Part shown: piece after piece, positions 9,299-19,072 of the stretch
How positions within the stretch are numbered: the first letter of the stretch is position 1
Layout of the letters: each line of letters opens with the position of its first letter
Translations under genes and position numbers: made by a program
Origin: Promethearchaeota archaeon
Lineage (GTDB): Archaea; Asgardarchaeota; Lokiarchaeia; Sigyniarchaeales; SOKP01
Length of the DNA: 64,000 bases
Direction: 5' to 3'
Assembly: GCA_019058295.1 (NCBI GenBank)
Contig: JAHPZI010000006.1
Coordinates: forward strand, 1 to 64,000
Notes under the pieces: model-generated
Database searches by the model: none
What the model saw: only the letters and a program-made list of their open reading frames with translations
What the model was told of the DNA's origin: nothing

Positions 9299-9639
9299 AA
9301 ATAATCTCCTCTCATAGATTTAGAAATAATTTCTTATTTAATTAATTGTAAATTTAGTTTTTAAAAATTTAACGAAATCAAAAGCTTATTAATTTCTCAC
9401 TTTCTTTTCTATTATTTTATATTGATTTAGAATCGAAAATAGTCACTAGTATGCGATAATTACAGATTCCATAATTGTTTTCTCCATCATTTTAGATTTA
9501 GGATTCTTATAATTGGTCAATCTTTTAGATTATAATTATATTATCTATTTTAAAATCTAAGATTTCTTTCATCAAATTAGTTGCACCTAAATATTTAAAT
9601 TTGATGATTTATATTAATATTATAAATGGAGGTTTTTAT

Positions 9640-10248
9640 ATGATTGAATTATTATATAGAAAAATATTTCTTTTACTCGTTTTAATAATATTTTCAATTG
9701 GACTTATGGTTCCAATGATTATAATTCGCAGAAAAGGAAAAGATCCTCATGGTACGCACATGGGATATTCAATATTAGCAAGATTAAGTTCACTTACAAT
9801 TTTTATTTGGATAATTAATATCGGATTATTCATTTTTTTTTACAATCTAATTGAATTAATTTGGAGATTTACATTTTTATCTGGTGATCTCTTTATTATC
9901 ATTGGAATGATCTCCGTAGCAATAGGAACTATTGTTGAGATTCTTGGAATGTACTCCCTTGGAATTAATTTCAGGATTGAACTTCCGAAAGAAGAAACTG
10001 AACTTATTACTTCAGGAATATATAGGGTAATGAGAAATCCAATTGCTTTTGGTTTATATTTAATAATAATCGGAACTTTTCTTTTAATTCCGAATGTTCT
10101 TACCTTAATTATAACAATCGCTAATATCATTGTTTTTGATGCAAAAGTTAGGGATGAAGAGAAATTCTTATTAGCACGATTTGGAAAAAGCTATGAAGAT
10201 TATCAAAAAAAAATAGGTCGTTATTTTCCTTTCAGTTTAAAGAAGTAA
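9640..10248 (+). CDS. Isoprenylcysteine carboxyl methyltransferase/PEMT-family membrane protein
   Basis: ELITSGIYRVMRNP...EEKFLLARFGKSYEDY..K..RYFP; GGAGG upstream of ATG 9640. Confidence 0.85.
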   Translation: MIELLYRKIFLLLVLIIFSIGLMVPMIIIRRKGKDPHGTHMGYSILARLSSLTIFIWIINIGLFIFFYNLIELIWRFTFLSGDLFIIIGMISVAIGTIVEILGMYSLGINFRIELPKEETELITSGIYRVMRNPIAFGLYLIIIGTFLLIPNVLTLIITIANIIVFDAKVRDEEKFLLARFGKSYEDYQKKIGRYFPFSLKK

Positions 10249-10273
10249 TAAAATTTTTAATTACGGGAATAAG

Positions 10274-10798
10274 GTGGATCAGATGGTGAAAAATTTGACT
10301 GAAAAATCATTTAAAGTAAGCAAAAAAATGACAATTTGGGGAATTGGTCCAAAAATGATTTTAATTTTATTCCCATTTATTGTTTTTTTTTTAATATTAC
10401 ATTTTATTTGTTTTCCAGCATTCATAATTCCAATTAATTATATTTATATGATAATTACAGGCGTAATTCTAATATTAATTGGAGCGATTATTTATATTAA
10501 ATCTGTTTTGCTTATTAACAAAGCTTATTTTGCATCTGAATTAGTTACAACTGGAGTTTATGGATATATGAGACATCCACTTTATTCAGCATTCATTTTA
10601 TTTATTAGTCCGGGTATAGTCTGCATATTTAATAGCTGGATTCTTTTTTTTATCCCAATTTTACACTATATTATTTTTAGAGTATTAATTAAGCAAGAAG
10701 AAAATTATTGCCTAGAAAATTTTGGCGAAAAATATGCTCATTATAAAAATTCTGTCCATGCAATATTTCCAAAACTTAGAAAATATAAACCCTTATAA
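10274..10798 (+). CDS. Isoprenylcysteine carboxyl methyltransferase/PEMT-family membrane protein
   Basis: LVTTGVYGYMRHPLY...EENYCLENFGEKYAHYK..V..IFP. Confidence 0.85.
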   Translation: MDQMVKNLTEKSFKVSKKMTIWGIGPKMILILFPFIVFFLILHFICFPAFIIPINYIYMIITGVILILIGAIIYIKSVLLINKAYFASELVTTGVYGYMRHPLYSAFILFISPGIVCIFNSWILFFIPILHYIIFRVLIKQEENYCLENFGEKYAHYKNSVHAIFPKLRKYKPL

Positions 10799-10816
10799 TG
10801 GTATTTGTAATTAAAA

Positions 10817-11584
10817 ATGACAAATCAAAAAATTGATTACGGAAATTGGGTGCCAAGAAATCTATTATATTTATTATTTATAATATCAATAATCCCAGCG
10901 ATCATCACATTGTTCCCAATAATATTAATTATAAAAGTAATTTTATGGGTTCTTGCAGGTATCCTCTTTTTCTTCTTTATTTTTATGTTGTATTTTTATC
11001 TTGCTTTTGCTAAAAACAATTGTGAATTACAAAATATGATGAGGGGATTTGTTATAGAAAAGTTATTATGGGATGGAGATGGAAAAGCTCTCGATATTGG
11101 AACTGGTGCTGGAGCACTTGCTATCTATTTAGCTAAGCAATTTCCTAAATCCGAAATCTGGGGTATCGATTATTGGGGAAAAGGATGGAATTTTTCTAAA
11201 AAATTATGTGAAAAAAATGCGCTTGCCGAGGGAGTAGCTAACCGTACCATATTCCAAAAAGCTAGTGCTTCAAAGCTCCCTTTTAAGGATAATCAATTTG
11301 ATGCTATAGTAAGCAATTATGTATATCATGAAGTAAGAGATGTTAAAGATAAAAAAGACGTGATTAAAGAATCTTTTCGAGTTTTAAAAAAAGGCGGTTT
11401 CTTTTCATTACAAGATTTATTTTTACATGAAAAAAAATTTGGAGAAATTGAAAATTTGAAAAGTACATTAAAAGATTGGGGTATTAAAGAAGTAAATTCA
11501 TTTAATCCAATAGATCACATGAAAATGAATCGGTTTTTACGCAATATGTTTAAAAATGCATTAATCTTATATGGTCAAAAGTAG
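10817..11584 (+). CDS. Class I SAM-dependent methyltransferase with N-terminal TM hairpin
   Basis: ALDIGTGAG, GIDYW, LPFKDNQFDAIVS, RVLKKGG. Confidence 0.9.
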   Translation: MTNQKIDYGNWVPRNLLYLLFIISIIPAIITLFPIILIIKVILWVLAGILFFFFIFMLYFYLAFAKNNCELQNMMRGFVIEKLLWDGDGKALDIGTGAGALAIYLAKQFPKSEIWGIDYWGKGWNFSKKLCEKNALAEGVANRTIFQKASASKLPFKDNQFDAIVSNYVYHEVRDVKDKKDVIKESFRVLKKGGFFSLQDLFLHEKKFGEIENLKSTLKDWGIKEVNSFNPIDHMKMNRFLRNMFKNALILYGQK

Positions 11585-11597
11585 GTAATTGAAAAAA

Positions 11598-12068
11598 TTA
11601 TGGCTTCTGAGAAAAATATCCTCTTCTTTTACCTTCTAGATTTTCAAAATAATCTAAAATGGATTCTCGAATTTCCACTGCTGGCAGAATTAAATGAGAT
11701 TTAGTTACATATTCAAAGGCATCGTTCCAGTTCCATTCAGGATTCTCTTTTAATAACCAAGCAACTATAACAGACCCGCTCCGCGAGATCCCCATGGCAC
11801 AATGCACTAATACCTTTCCCTTCTTTATATGCTCATCAATAAAGTCTAAAATATCTTGTAAAAAATGGTGAGATAAGTACGTCTCGTCGGGGAATCCTCT
11901 ATGTAAATATGCATATCCTAATGGTCTTGGATTATAATGGCTTTCTACCATGAGATTCACTATTGCTGTAATTCCTTCTTTTTTAATCTTCTTAAAATTA
12001 AACCTCGGGTAATATGCTCCAATATATAGGTTCTTATGAACTTCATATATGTCATCCAATTCTTCCAT
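11598..12068 (-). CDS. Dual-specificity protein phosphatase
   Basis: NLYIG, GITAIVNL, KVLVHCAMGISRS (CX5R). Likely start is ATG 12068. Confidence 0.9.
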   Translation of the reverse strand: MEELDDIYEVHKNLYIGAYYPRFNFKKIKKEGITAIVNLMVESHYNPRPLGYAYLHRGFPDETYLSHHFLQDILDFIDEHIKKGKVLVHCAMGISRSGSVIVAWLLKENPEWNWNDAFEYVTKSHLILPAVEIRESILDYFENLEGKRRGYFSQKP

Positions 12069-12184
12069 TATCACTATAAAAAAAGTTTGGAAAAAAATAA
12101 TAGTTTCTATGAATTTCACTTATTAAGATATTTCCTAAATTAAAAGAAGAAAAAACTGAAAACAGAAAATTGGTGTGATTAAAG

Positions 12185-13207
12185 ATTTTTGATAAAATTA
12201 ATTGTTCTAATTGCGAAAATATTGATTGTTTAACACGCTGCCAATGGATTGAATTTGAAAATGTAGAGGCAGCGAAATCGGAAATAATGAAAATGATTAA
12301 CGGTGAGGATTCTCGAGTTCTAAGTGAATGCGTTACTTGTTTTGCGTGCGATGAATACTGCCCTTATGGATCTCATCCATTTGATTTAATAACAGAATTA
12401 CAAGAAAAATATAACTCACATAACATTGCGCCGAAACTTCTTGAATCAATAATAAATAGATATAAACCTCATGATGAATTAAGATTAAAACAAATTGACT
12501 CGGATAAACCAGTACTAAATAAATGTGCTTTTGTAAAATCGCATGCTAAACATATGGAAGGGCAATTGTTTGAGAACTTGCAATATGTTGCTGGTCTTGA
12601 TTTTTTTTGCAATCTTTTATATCATCATATCGAAAGAGATTCGATTATTAGAGAAAGAGTTCCAATAATAATAGAGAATATTAAGAAACAAGGTATAAAG
12701 GAAATGATTTGTTTTCACGACGAGTGTTATGGTTTATATGGTTCATATTGTCCAAGAAACAATATAGAATTACCACCTGATTTTAAACCTATCCATTTTT
12801 TTGAATATCTCTACAATTATTTAGAAGATCATAAGAGTGAGATAAAAAAGCTCAATATGAAAATCGCTTATCAGAGAAATTGCTCTAACCGATTTATTCC
12901 AGAAACAGATAAATGGGTTGATAAAATATGTGAATTAATTGGTGTTGAAAGAGTTGCAAGAAACTATGATAGAGAGAACGCATTATGTTGTGGAGGCCCT
13001 CTTCCAATGCTAGGTAAAAGTAAATTATTGAGACCAACTCAAAATAAAAATATTAATGATATGGTGGAACACGGAGCCGAAGCCTGTGTTTATAATTGTG
13101 CAATGTGTATGGATAGTTTATCATCTAAAACCGAGAGAAAAGGTTTAAAAAATTATTTATTAAGCGATTTGTGCCGGTTAGCATTAGGCGAGACGTTGAA
13201 TTATTAA
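12185..13207 (+). CDS. Fe-S oxidoreductase (HdrD/GlpC-like, CCG domains); probable ATT start at 12185
   Basis: CVTCFACDEYCP, CFHDECY, CCGG, CAMC. A further Cys motif, CSNCENIDCLTRC, lies in frame upstream of the track start (12287). Confidence 0.85.
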   Translation: MFDKINCSNCENIDCLTRCQWIEFENVEAAKSEIMKMINGEDSRVLSECVTCFACDEYCPYGSHPFDLITELQEKYNSHNIAPKLLESIINRYKPHDELRLKQIDSDKPVLNKCAFVKSHAKHMEGQLFENLQYVAGLDFFCNLLYHHIERDSIIRERVPIIIENIKKQGIKEMICFHDECYGLYGSYCPRNNIELPPDFKPIHFFEYLYNYLEDHKSEIKKLNMKIAYQRNCSNRFIPETDKWVDKICELIGVERVARNYDRENALCCGGPLPMLGKSKLLRPTQNKNINDMVEHGAEACVYNCAMCMDSLSSKTERKGLKNYLLSDLCRLALGETLNY

Positions 13208-13245
13208 AAAAAAAAATAAAAGAAAGAAAGTAAATTACTTTTTTT

Positions 13246-14418
13246 TTATTCATTAACTTTTATTTCTAACTGGTCTAAGATTTCTATCAAATCGATTACT
13301 TCTAAACCAAGATTAAATTTATCATTTGCGTCAGATAAATTTGTCCTACAAAATGGACAAGTTGAAGATAATATTGTAGCGCCAGTTTCTTTTGCTTCTT
13401 CTAATCTTTCTTTTGAGATTTCTACTGCCCAGTCAGGATACCCGATCTTAACTCCCCCACCAGCACCACAACACCATGCGTTTTCTCTATTTCTTCCCAT
13501 TTCAACGAATTTTATTCCAGGAATTTGTTTGTAAACATCCCTAGGCTCTTCGTATAATCCCATATGTCTCCCTATATGGCAAGGATCGTGATATGTAACG
13601 GTTTTATTAAATTCGGAAGTAAACATTATCTTTCCTTCGTCTAAAAATCTTTTAACCAACTCTGAAGTATGATAAATCTCTAAATCGTGATTTACTCCTT
13701 GTTTAGCAAAATCAACTTTCAATGTTCTACAGCAACCAGCACATGATGTAATAACCTTAGTTGCCCCAACTTCTTTTATCTTATCTATGTTATAATTCAT
13801 GAATTCCTTTACTGGTTCTATTTGTCCAGTTCTTATTATTGGACTGGTACAACAATGTTCATCGATTAAAGTAAAATCAAGATTTATTTTTTTAAGAAAT
13901 CTTAGAGTAGCATCTCTTAAATTTTTTTGGCGGTAATTTGAAGTACATCCAATAAAATAGACCCATTCTGCTTTGTCCGGTAAATTATATTTTTTTTTTA
14001 ACTCTTCGTTATCTGAATTTGGTTCACCATAAGGATTAAACATTTCCGTGTTAGTTGTGCGTTCTAGTAAAGCTTTTTGCTTTTCAGGACAAAATCCATT
14101 TTTAACGGCTTCTGCCCTTGCCGCTTCTATTATATCTACGAGAAAATCGTTAAATTTATCAAATCTACAATTTTCCATGCAATTGCCACAAGTGGAACAT
14201 GAGTATAAAACATTAGCTAAATTTTGGCTCCATTGAAGGTCACCATTTATTATCCCATAAATGAGCCACATTCTTCCACCTGTACTATACGTCTCAAAAC
14301 GATGTTTTTTATAGCTAGGACAATTAAAATCAGAATACTCAAAAGTGAACTTGCAATAACCACATCGGAAGCATCTATGAACTATATCTTTCCAATCTTG
14401 TTTAACATTTATAGTCAT
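13246..14418 (-). CDS. Fe-S oxidoreductase (HdrD/GlcF/GlpC family)
   Basis: CFRCGYC, CSTCGNCMENC, YFIGC, HCC, SCAGC, YHDPCHIGR, CCGAGGG, CPFC. Confidence 0.9.
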   Translation of the reverse strand: MTINVKQDWKDIVHRCFRCGYCKFTFEYSDFNCPSYKKHRFETYSTGGRMWLIYGIINGDLQWSQNLANVLYSCSTCGNCMENCRFDKFNDFLVDIIEAARAEAVKNGFCPEKQKALLERTTNTEMFNPYGEPNSDNEELKKKYNLPDKAEWVYFIGCTSNYRQKNLRDATLRFLKKINLDFTLIDEHCCTSPIIRTGQIEPVKEFMNYNIDKIKEVGATKVITSCAGCCRTLKVDFAKQGVNHDLEIYHTSELVKRFLDEGKIMFTSEFNKTVTYHDPCHIGRHMGLYEEPRDVYKQIPGIKFVEMGRNRENAWCCGAGGGVKIGYPDWAVEISKERLEEAKETGATILSSTCPFCRTNLSDANDKFNLGLEVIDLIEILDQLEIKVNE

Positions 14419-14422
14419 TTTA

Positions 14423-15790
14423 CTACACCTCCCAATTTCCAGGATTCATAATTCCGTTAGGATCCAATATGTTGCGAATAGTTTTGAATAACATCTTATA
14501 ATTAGGATCCATTTTCTCAATGATTAATTTTTGACCATCCCTTTCTGCTTTCCAGGGGATTCCACCTAATTCAAGTACCATTTTATTCGTCTCGTGAAGT
14601 GCATTTCTAGCTCTTTCCATATCCTCCGGATCTGCTCTATTAAAAGAATATGAGGCGGCAAACATTACATTATGTCCTCTCCCAATTATTCTTGAGACCT
14701 GTGTAGGAACAATTCCGTATTTTAAGGAAATATCACGTGCTTTTTCAATAGCCTCAGGTATCTTTCCTAAAGGCATAAAGCTACCTACATATTCGAAACC
14801 ACCGCCTTTTCTAAAATCTGCTGCTTTTGCAGCAAATTGTGGTTGTTCTAGAAAAACATCATAATATCTAGGGGGAAGTTTCATAAATCTTGCTTTGTTT
14901 TTACGATAAATCTTTTTAAGTATTTTTGTTTTAGAATCTAATTCATCTTGAGAATCTCCTGTTATATAAAGCAAAAGAATTGCATATCCTTTCATAAAAT
15001 CTGGTTTTTCTGCTAATGCAATCATTAAATCTTCGGGGATGTCAGTTTTTGTAAGGTTTAAAATTAATCCTGGAATAGTATTTAATTCTTTAATTAATCC
15101 AATAACAATATCTCTCAATTTTGGTTTTGGAAATAGTTTTATGGAGATCTTTGTTACAATTCCCATCGTGCCAAAGGCACTGGTAAATAACCCAACTAAA
15201 TCTGGTATAGGGCCTCTTGTAAACCAATAATTAGAAATTGCACATGATCCAACTTTACACACTTCTCCATTCGGTAAAACAACCTCTAAACTGTTAATCA
15301 TCGCACCATGATCTCCATATTTCTGTGATAAATATCCCGATCCATGTATTAATGCATTTCCAGCGATTGTTATTGATGGGGGTGCATCAGGATATGGAGC
15401 TTGAAGGTCTGGATACTTTTCTCTTAAATGAGCGATTAATTTTCCTGAGGTAACACCCGCTTCTATTAAGGCATAACGGCTTGTCTCATTTATTTCAATT
15501 ATTTTATCCATTCTTTTCATATCTAAGACTATGCCGCCTTTAATTGGAATTACTAAACCACTCAACGTCATACCTCCTCCCATAGGAACAATCGGAATTT
15601 TTTTATCGTTGGCGAATCTTACAATTTGCTGAACCTCTTCGACTGTTTCTGGCATTACCACATAATCCACCGGACGAGGGTGAGAAACCCCTGGGTCTTG
15701 AGAATAAATGAAAAGATCTTCTTGATTATTTGAGGCAAAATCTTTACCTACAATTTGTTCTAACTTACTTAAAACTTCAGCATTACTCAT
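14423..15790 (-). CDS. FAD-binding oxidoreductase (GlcD/VAO-PCMH family)
   Basis: PMGGGMTLSG, EAGVT, GTMGIVTK, DPNGIMNPG. Confidence 0.9.
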   Translation of the reverse strand: MSNAEVLSKLEQIVGKDFASNNQEDLFIYSQDPGVSHPRPVDYVVMPETVEEVQQIVRFANDKKIPIVPMGGGMTLSGLVIPIKGGIVLDMKRMDKIIEINETSRYALIEAGVTSGKLIAHLREKYPDLQAPYPDAPPSITIAGNALIHGSGYLSQKYGDHGAMINSLEVVLPNGEVCKVGSCAISNYWFTRGPIPDLVGLFTSAFGTMGIVTKISIKLFPKPKLRDIVIGLIKELNTIPGLILNLTKTDIPEDLMIALAEKPDFMKGYAILLLYITGDSQDELDSKTKILKKIYRKNKARFMKLPPRYYDVFLEQPQFAAKAADFRKGGGFEYVGSFMPLGKIPEAIEKARDISLKYGIVPTQVSRIIGRGHNVMFAASYSFNRADPEDMERARNALHETNKMVLELGGIPWKAERDGQKLIIEKMDPNYKMLFKTIRNILDPNGIMNPGNWEV

Positions 15791-15902
15791 TGTTATTTAC
15801 ACTTATTTCAGAATATAATTAATTTATTTACTTGATATAATATTTATTTTAAGATTTTCTTTTTATTTTCTTTTTATATATTAAAAATTATAAAAGGAAT
15901 AA

Positions 15903-17267
15903 CTATGTTATTTCCCAATTACCTGGATTCATAATTCTGTTTGGATCTAAGGCAGCACGAATAGCTTTGTACAATTGTTTATAACTTGGGTCCATTTTTT
16001 CAATGATTAATTTTTGACCTGCTAATTCTGGCTTCCAAATGATTCCTCCTAAATCTAATACCAGTTTATTCGTTTCATGAAGTGCATTCCTAGCATTTTC
16101 CATATCATTGGGGTCCGCTCTATTAAATGAAAATGAGGCAGCAAACATTACGTTATGTCCTTTTCCAATTACTCTAGAAACTTGTGAAGGGGAAATACCA
16201 TATTTTCTGGAAATTTCAATTGCTTTTTCAATAGCCTCAGGAAGTTTTTCAAGGGGAAGGAAATTACCACTATATTCAAAACCACCTCCCCTTCGAGTAT
16301 CTGCTTCTGATGAGATAAATATAGGTTTTTCTAAGAAAAAATTTCTAAAGCTTCTGGGAACCTTCATATAACTACCTTTTGCCTTACGATATATACGCTT
16401 TAATATTTTTGTCTTAGTTCCTATCTCTTCTTCGGAAGTTCCAGTGATGAATGTAGCTAAGAATATATATCCCTTAATTAATTCCTCTGAGACAGCAAAA
16501 ACGATATCCTCGGCTATGTCTGTATTTGTAATTTTTGAAATAACATCCGGAATCATTTTGGGTTCTTTAAATATGCCAACAATAACTTCTCTTAAATTAT
16601 CTTTCGGATAAAGTTTAATAGCCATTTTTGTGGCAATTCCCATCGTCCCAAAAGAACTGATAAATAATCCTATAAGGTCTGGAATAGGTCCTCTCGTAAA
16701 CCAATAATCAGAGACTGCGCAAGAACCAAGTTTACATATATCTCCATTTGGCAGAACCATTTCTAATCCATTAATCATGTCTCCGTGGTTTCCATACTTA
16801 TGTGATAAAAAACCCGATCCATGAATTAATGCGTTTCCTGTAACCGTTGCTGAGGGAGGAGCATCAGGGATTGAAACTTCTAAATCAGGATAATGTTTTT
16901 CAAGATACGCAGTCAGTCTTCCAGTTGTTACTCCTGCTTCAATAAGAGCATATCGGCTTATTTCATTTATTTCAAGTATTTTATCCATTCTTTTAAGATC
17001 GATAACAATACCACCATTTACTGGAATGGTTAATCCGCTTAATGTCATCCCTCCCCCCATAGGTACAATGGGAATCCTTTCTTCATTTGCCAATCTCAAA
17101 ATCTTTTGGATTTCTTCAGCTGTTTTAGGCAATACTACGAAATCAACTGGACGAGGTAAGGAAGCACCAGAATCTTGCGAATAAATGAAAAGATCTTCTT
17201 GATTATTTGAGGCAAAATCTTTGCCTACGATATTTTCTAAATGTGTTAAAATATCACTTTTAATCAT
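15903..17267 (-). CDS. FAD-binding oxidoreductase (GlcD/VAO-PCMH family), tandem paralog
   Basis: Same motifs as, and closely similar to, 14423..15790. Confidence 0.9.
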   Translation of the reverse strand: MIKSDILTHLENIVGKDFASNNQEDLFIYSQDSGASLPRPVDFVVLPKTAEEIQKILRLANEERIPIVPMGGGMTLSGLTIPVNGGIVIDLKRMDKILEINEISRYALIEAGVTTGRLTAYLEKHYPDLEVSIPDAPPSATVTGNALIHGSGFLSHKYGNHGDMINGLEMVLPNGDICKLGSCAVSDYWFTRGPIPDLIGLFISSFGTMGIATKMAIKLYPKDNLREVIVGIFKEPKMIPDVISKITNTDIAEDIVFAVSEELIKGYIFLATFITGTSEEEIGTKTKILKRIYRKAKGSYMKVPRSFRNFFLEKPIFISSEADTRRGGGFEYSGNFLPLEKLPEAIEKAIEISRKYGISPSQVSRVIGKGHNVMFAASFSFNRADPNDMENARNALHETNKLVLDLGGIIWKPELAGQKLIIEKMDPSYKQLYKAIRAALDPNRIMNPGNWEIT

Positions 17268-17367
17268 CTAAAACACATTTTATTTTTGCATTATGATAAA
17301 TTAAATCTTATTTTTAAAGTATTTATAATTAATTACAGAAGAATTTTAAGCAAATATATCAAAATTT

Positions 17368-17751
17368 CTAAATTTTATTGAGGTTTCGCGAGGCTATTAT
17401 ATTAGCATCCAAGCCTAAAACATTTTCAATTAATATATCGCCCATCTTAATCGGAGGCTGAACTTTTATTTTAGCAATTTCTTTTAAAACGTCTTTAAGT
17501 TTATCTTTAAGAATTGGCGTGTCTGTTCTTACGGGAATCAAGGGTAAAAAGCCGTTTTCCACTCTCATTGTAGTTGTAATTATTCTTTTTGGTTCGTAAT
17601 ATTCTTGTTTGGCGTATTCTAATCCTCTATTGCAAGTGTATCCTTCAAAATTTACGTTGCCGCTCTGATCTGGCGTAGCAGTTATAGTGCAGCCCGAAGG
17701 ACACACAATGCATCGTATAACTTTTACAGCACTTTGGCTACTATTAAACAT
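17368..17751 (-). CDS. DUF1667 (CxxC) protein associated with GlpA-like clusters
   Basis: CIVCPSGC...GYTCNRG..YA..E...PKR.ITTT, PVRTD.PI.K. Confidence 0.85.
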   Translation of the reverse strand: MFNSSQSAVKVIRCIVCPSGCTITATPDQSGNVNFEGYTCNRGLEYAKQEYYEPKRIITTTMRVENGFLPLIPVRTDTPILKDKLKDVLKEIAKIKVQPPIKMGDILIENVLGLDANIIASRNLNKI

Positions 17752-17770
17752 ATTTTATATTCCTCTCAGT

Positions 17771-19072
17771 TTATTCTTCTTCAATTAATACCTCAGGACG
17801 AGGGACAACATCAATAATTAAATGCTGACAACCAGTATCTATCTGATTTTCTTCCAAATTCAATTTTATTTCAACCATTTCGCTTGGAATTACATATACT
17901 TTGTTTTTCTTGTAAATCAATTGATTATTTTCCTTATCCCTAAATTGAATCTGAATCCGCCTATCCGGATATTTCACTCGAAACGTAAACATCGTTTCTT
18001 TAGAAATATCTGACAAGTTTATTAAATCAGGCTTTATATAACCGACATTGTCTCCTGCAATACACCTGATTTGTTTTTCTCTTTTAACCTCTTTTCCATA
18101 CCGTTCATTAATATATTCAATCGCGAGGTTTCCAGCTCTTTTTGCTTCAGCAGTGACCATATCTACTAAATCATGAACTTGTAAGACATTTCCACAAGCA
18201 AAAACACCTTCGATTGTAGATTCAAGATTATTATCCACAACCGGTCCATTATTTGACGATAACTCTGCCCCAGCATTCAATGTTAACTCATTTTCTGGAA
18301 TTAATCCTACAGACAATAAGAGAGCATCGCATTCAATAAACCTATCACTTCCCACTATTCGGTCAAAATTTGTATCTACTTTTGAAATAGTTACACCTCG
18401 AATTTTCTCTTTCCCATGAATTTTTGTAACAGTATAGCCTAAGATCAGGGGAATATTGAAGTCTTCAAGGCACTGAACTTGATTTCTGATTAATCCACTC
18501 ACATATGGATTGATTTCAACTACAGCTTTTACTTCACATCCCTCCCATGTCAATCTTCTCGCCATGATCATCCCAATATCTCCGCTTCCTAATATAACGA
18601 AAGTCTTTCCTGGTAAGTATCCTTCTATATTAACAAATCTCTGGGCTTGTCCAGCAGTAAATATACCCGCGGGTCTAAATCCAGGGATATTTATAGCTCC
18701 ACGTGTTCTTTCTCTACAGCCCATAGCTAGTATTATTGCTTTTGATTCGACCATAATGAGTCCATCTTTATTATTCACAGCATAAACAGTTTTATCCTGA
18801 GTAATTTCAATTACCATCGTATCTAATAAATATGGAATTTCCAATTCGTTTACTTGATTAATAAATTTTTGAGCATATTGAGGACCAGTTAATTCTTCTC
18901 CAAATTCATGAAGTCCAAAGCCGACATGAATGCATTGCAATAAAATTCCGCCAAGTTCATAATCTCTCTCGATAATTAAAACGTCCAATCCAGCTTTCTT
19001 TACCTCGATAGCTGCCGCCATTCCAGCAGAACCGCCTCCTATAATAACCACGTCTGCTTCATATTTTTTCAT
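17771..19072 (-). CDS. NAD(P)/FAD-dependent oxidoreductase (GlpA-cluster partner)
   Basis: IIGGGSAG, GGILLQCIH.GFG, GCRERTRG, LGSGDIGMIMARR, CGNVLQVHDLVD. Confidence 0.9.
   Translation of the reverse strand: MKKYEADVVIIGGGSAGMAAAIEVKKAGLDVLIIERDYELGGILLQCIHVGFGLHEFGEELTGPQYAQKFINQVNELEIPYLLDTMVIEITQDKTVYAVNNKDGLIMVESKAIILAMGCRERTRGAINIPGFRPAGIFTAGQAQRFVNIEGYLPGKTFVILGSGDIGMIMARRLTWEGCEVKAVVEINPYVSGLIRNQVQCLEDFNIPLILGYTVTKIHGKEKIRGVTISKVDTNFDRIVGSDRFIECDALLLSVGLIPENELTLNAGAELSSNNGPVVDNNLESTIEGVFACGNVLQVHDLVDMVTAEAKRAGNLAIEYINERYGKEVKREKQIRCIAGDNVGYIKPDLINLSDISKETMFTFRVKYPDRRIQIQFRDKENNQLIYKKNKVYVIPSEMVEIKLNLEENQIDTGCQHLIIDVVPRPEVLIEEE

Noticed and set aside
12176-12178. In-frame TGA before the Fe-S gene (also before rpl24e and rpoE') read as selenocysteine
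   Set aside because: The TGAs lie upstream of the homologous N-termini, not at Cys positions, and form part of the SD-like sequence. I recognised no selenoprotein or SECIS element.
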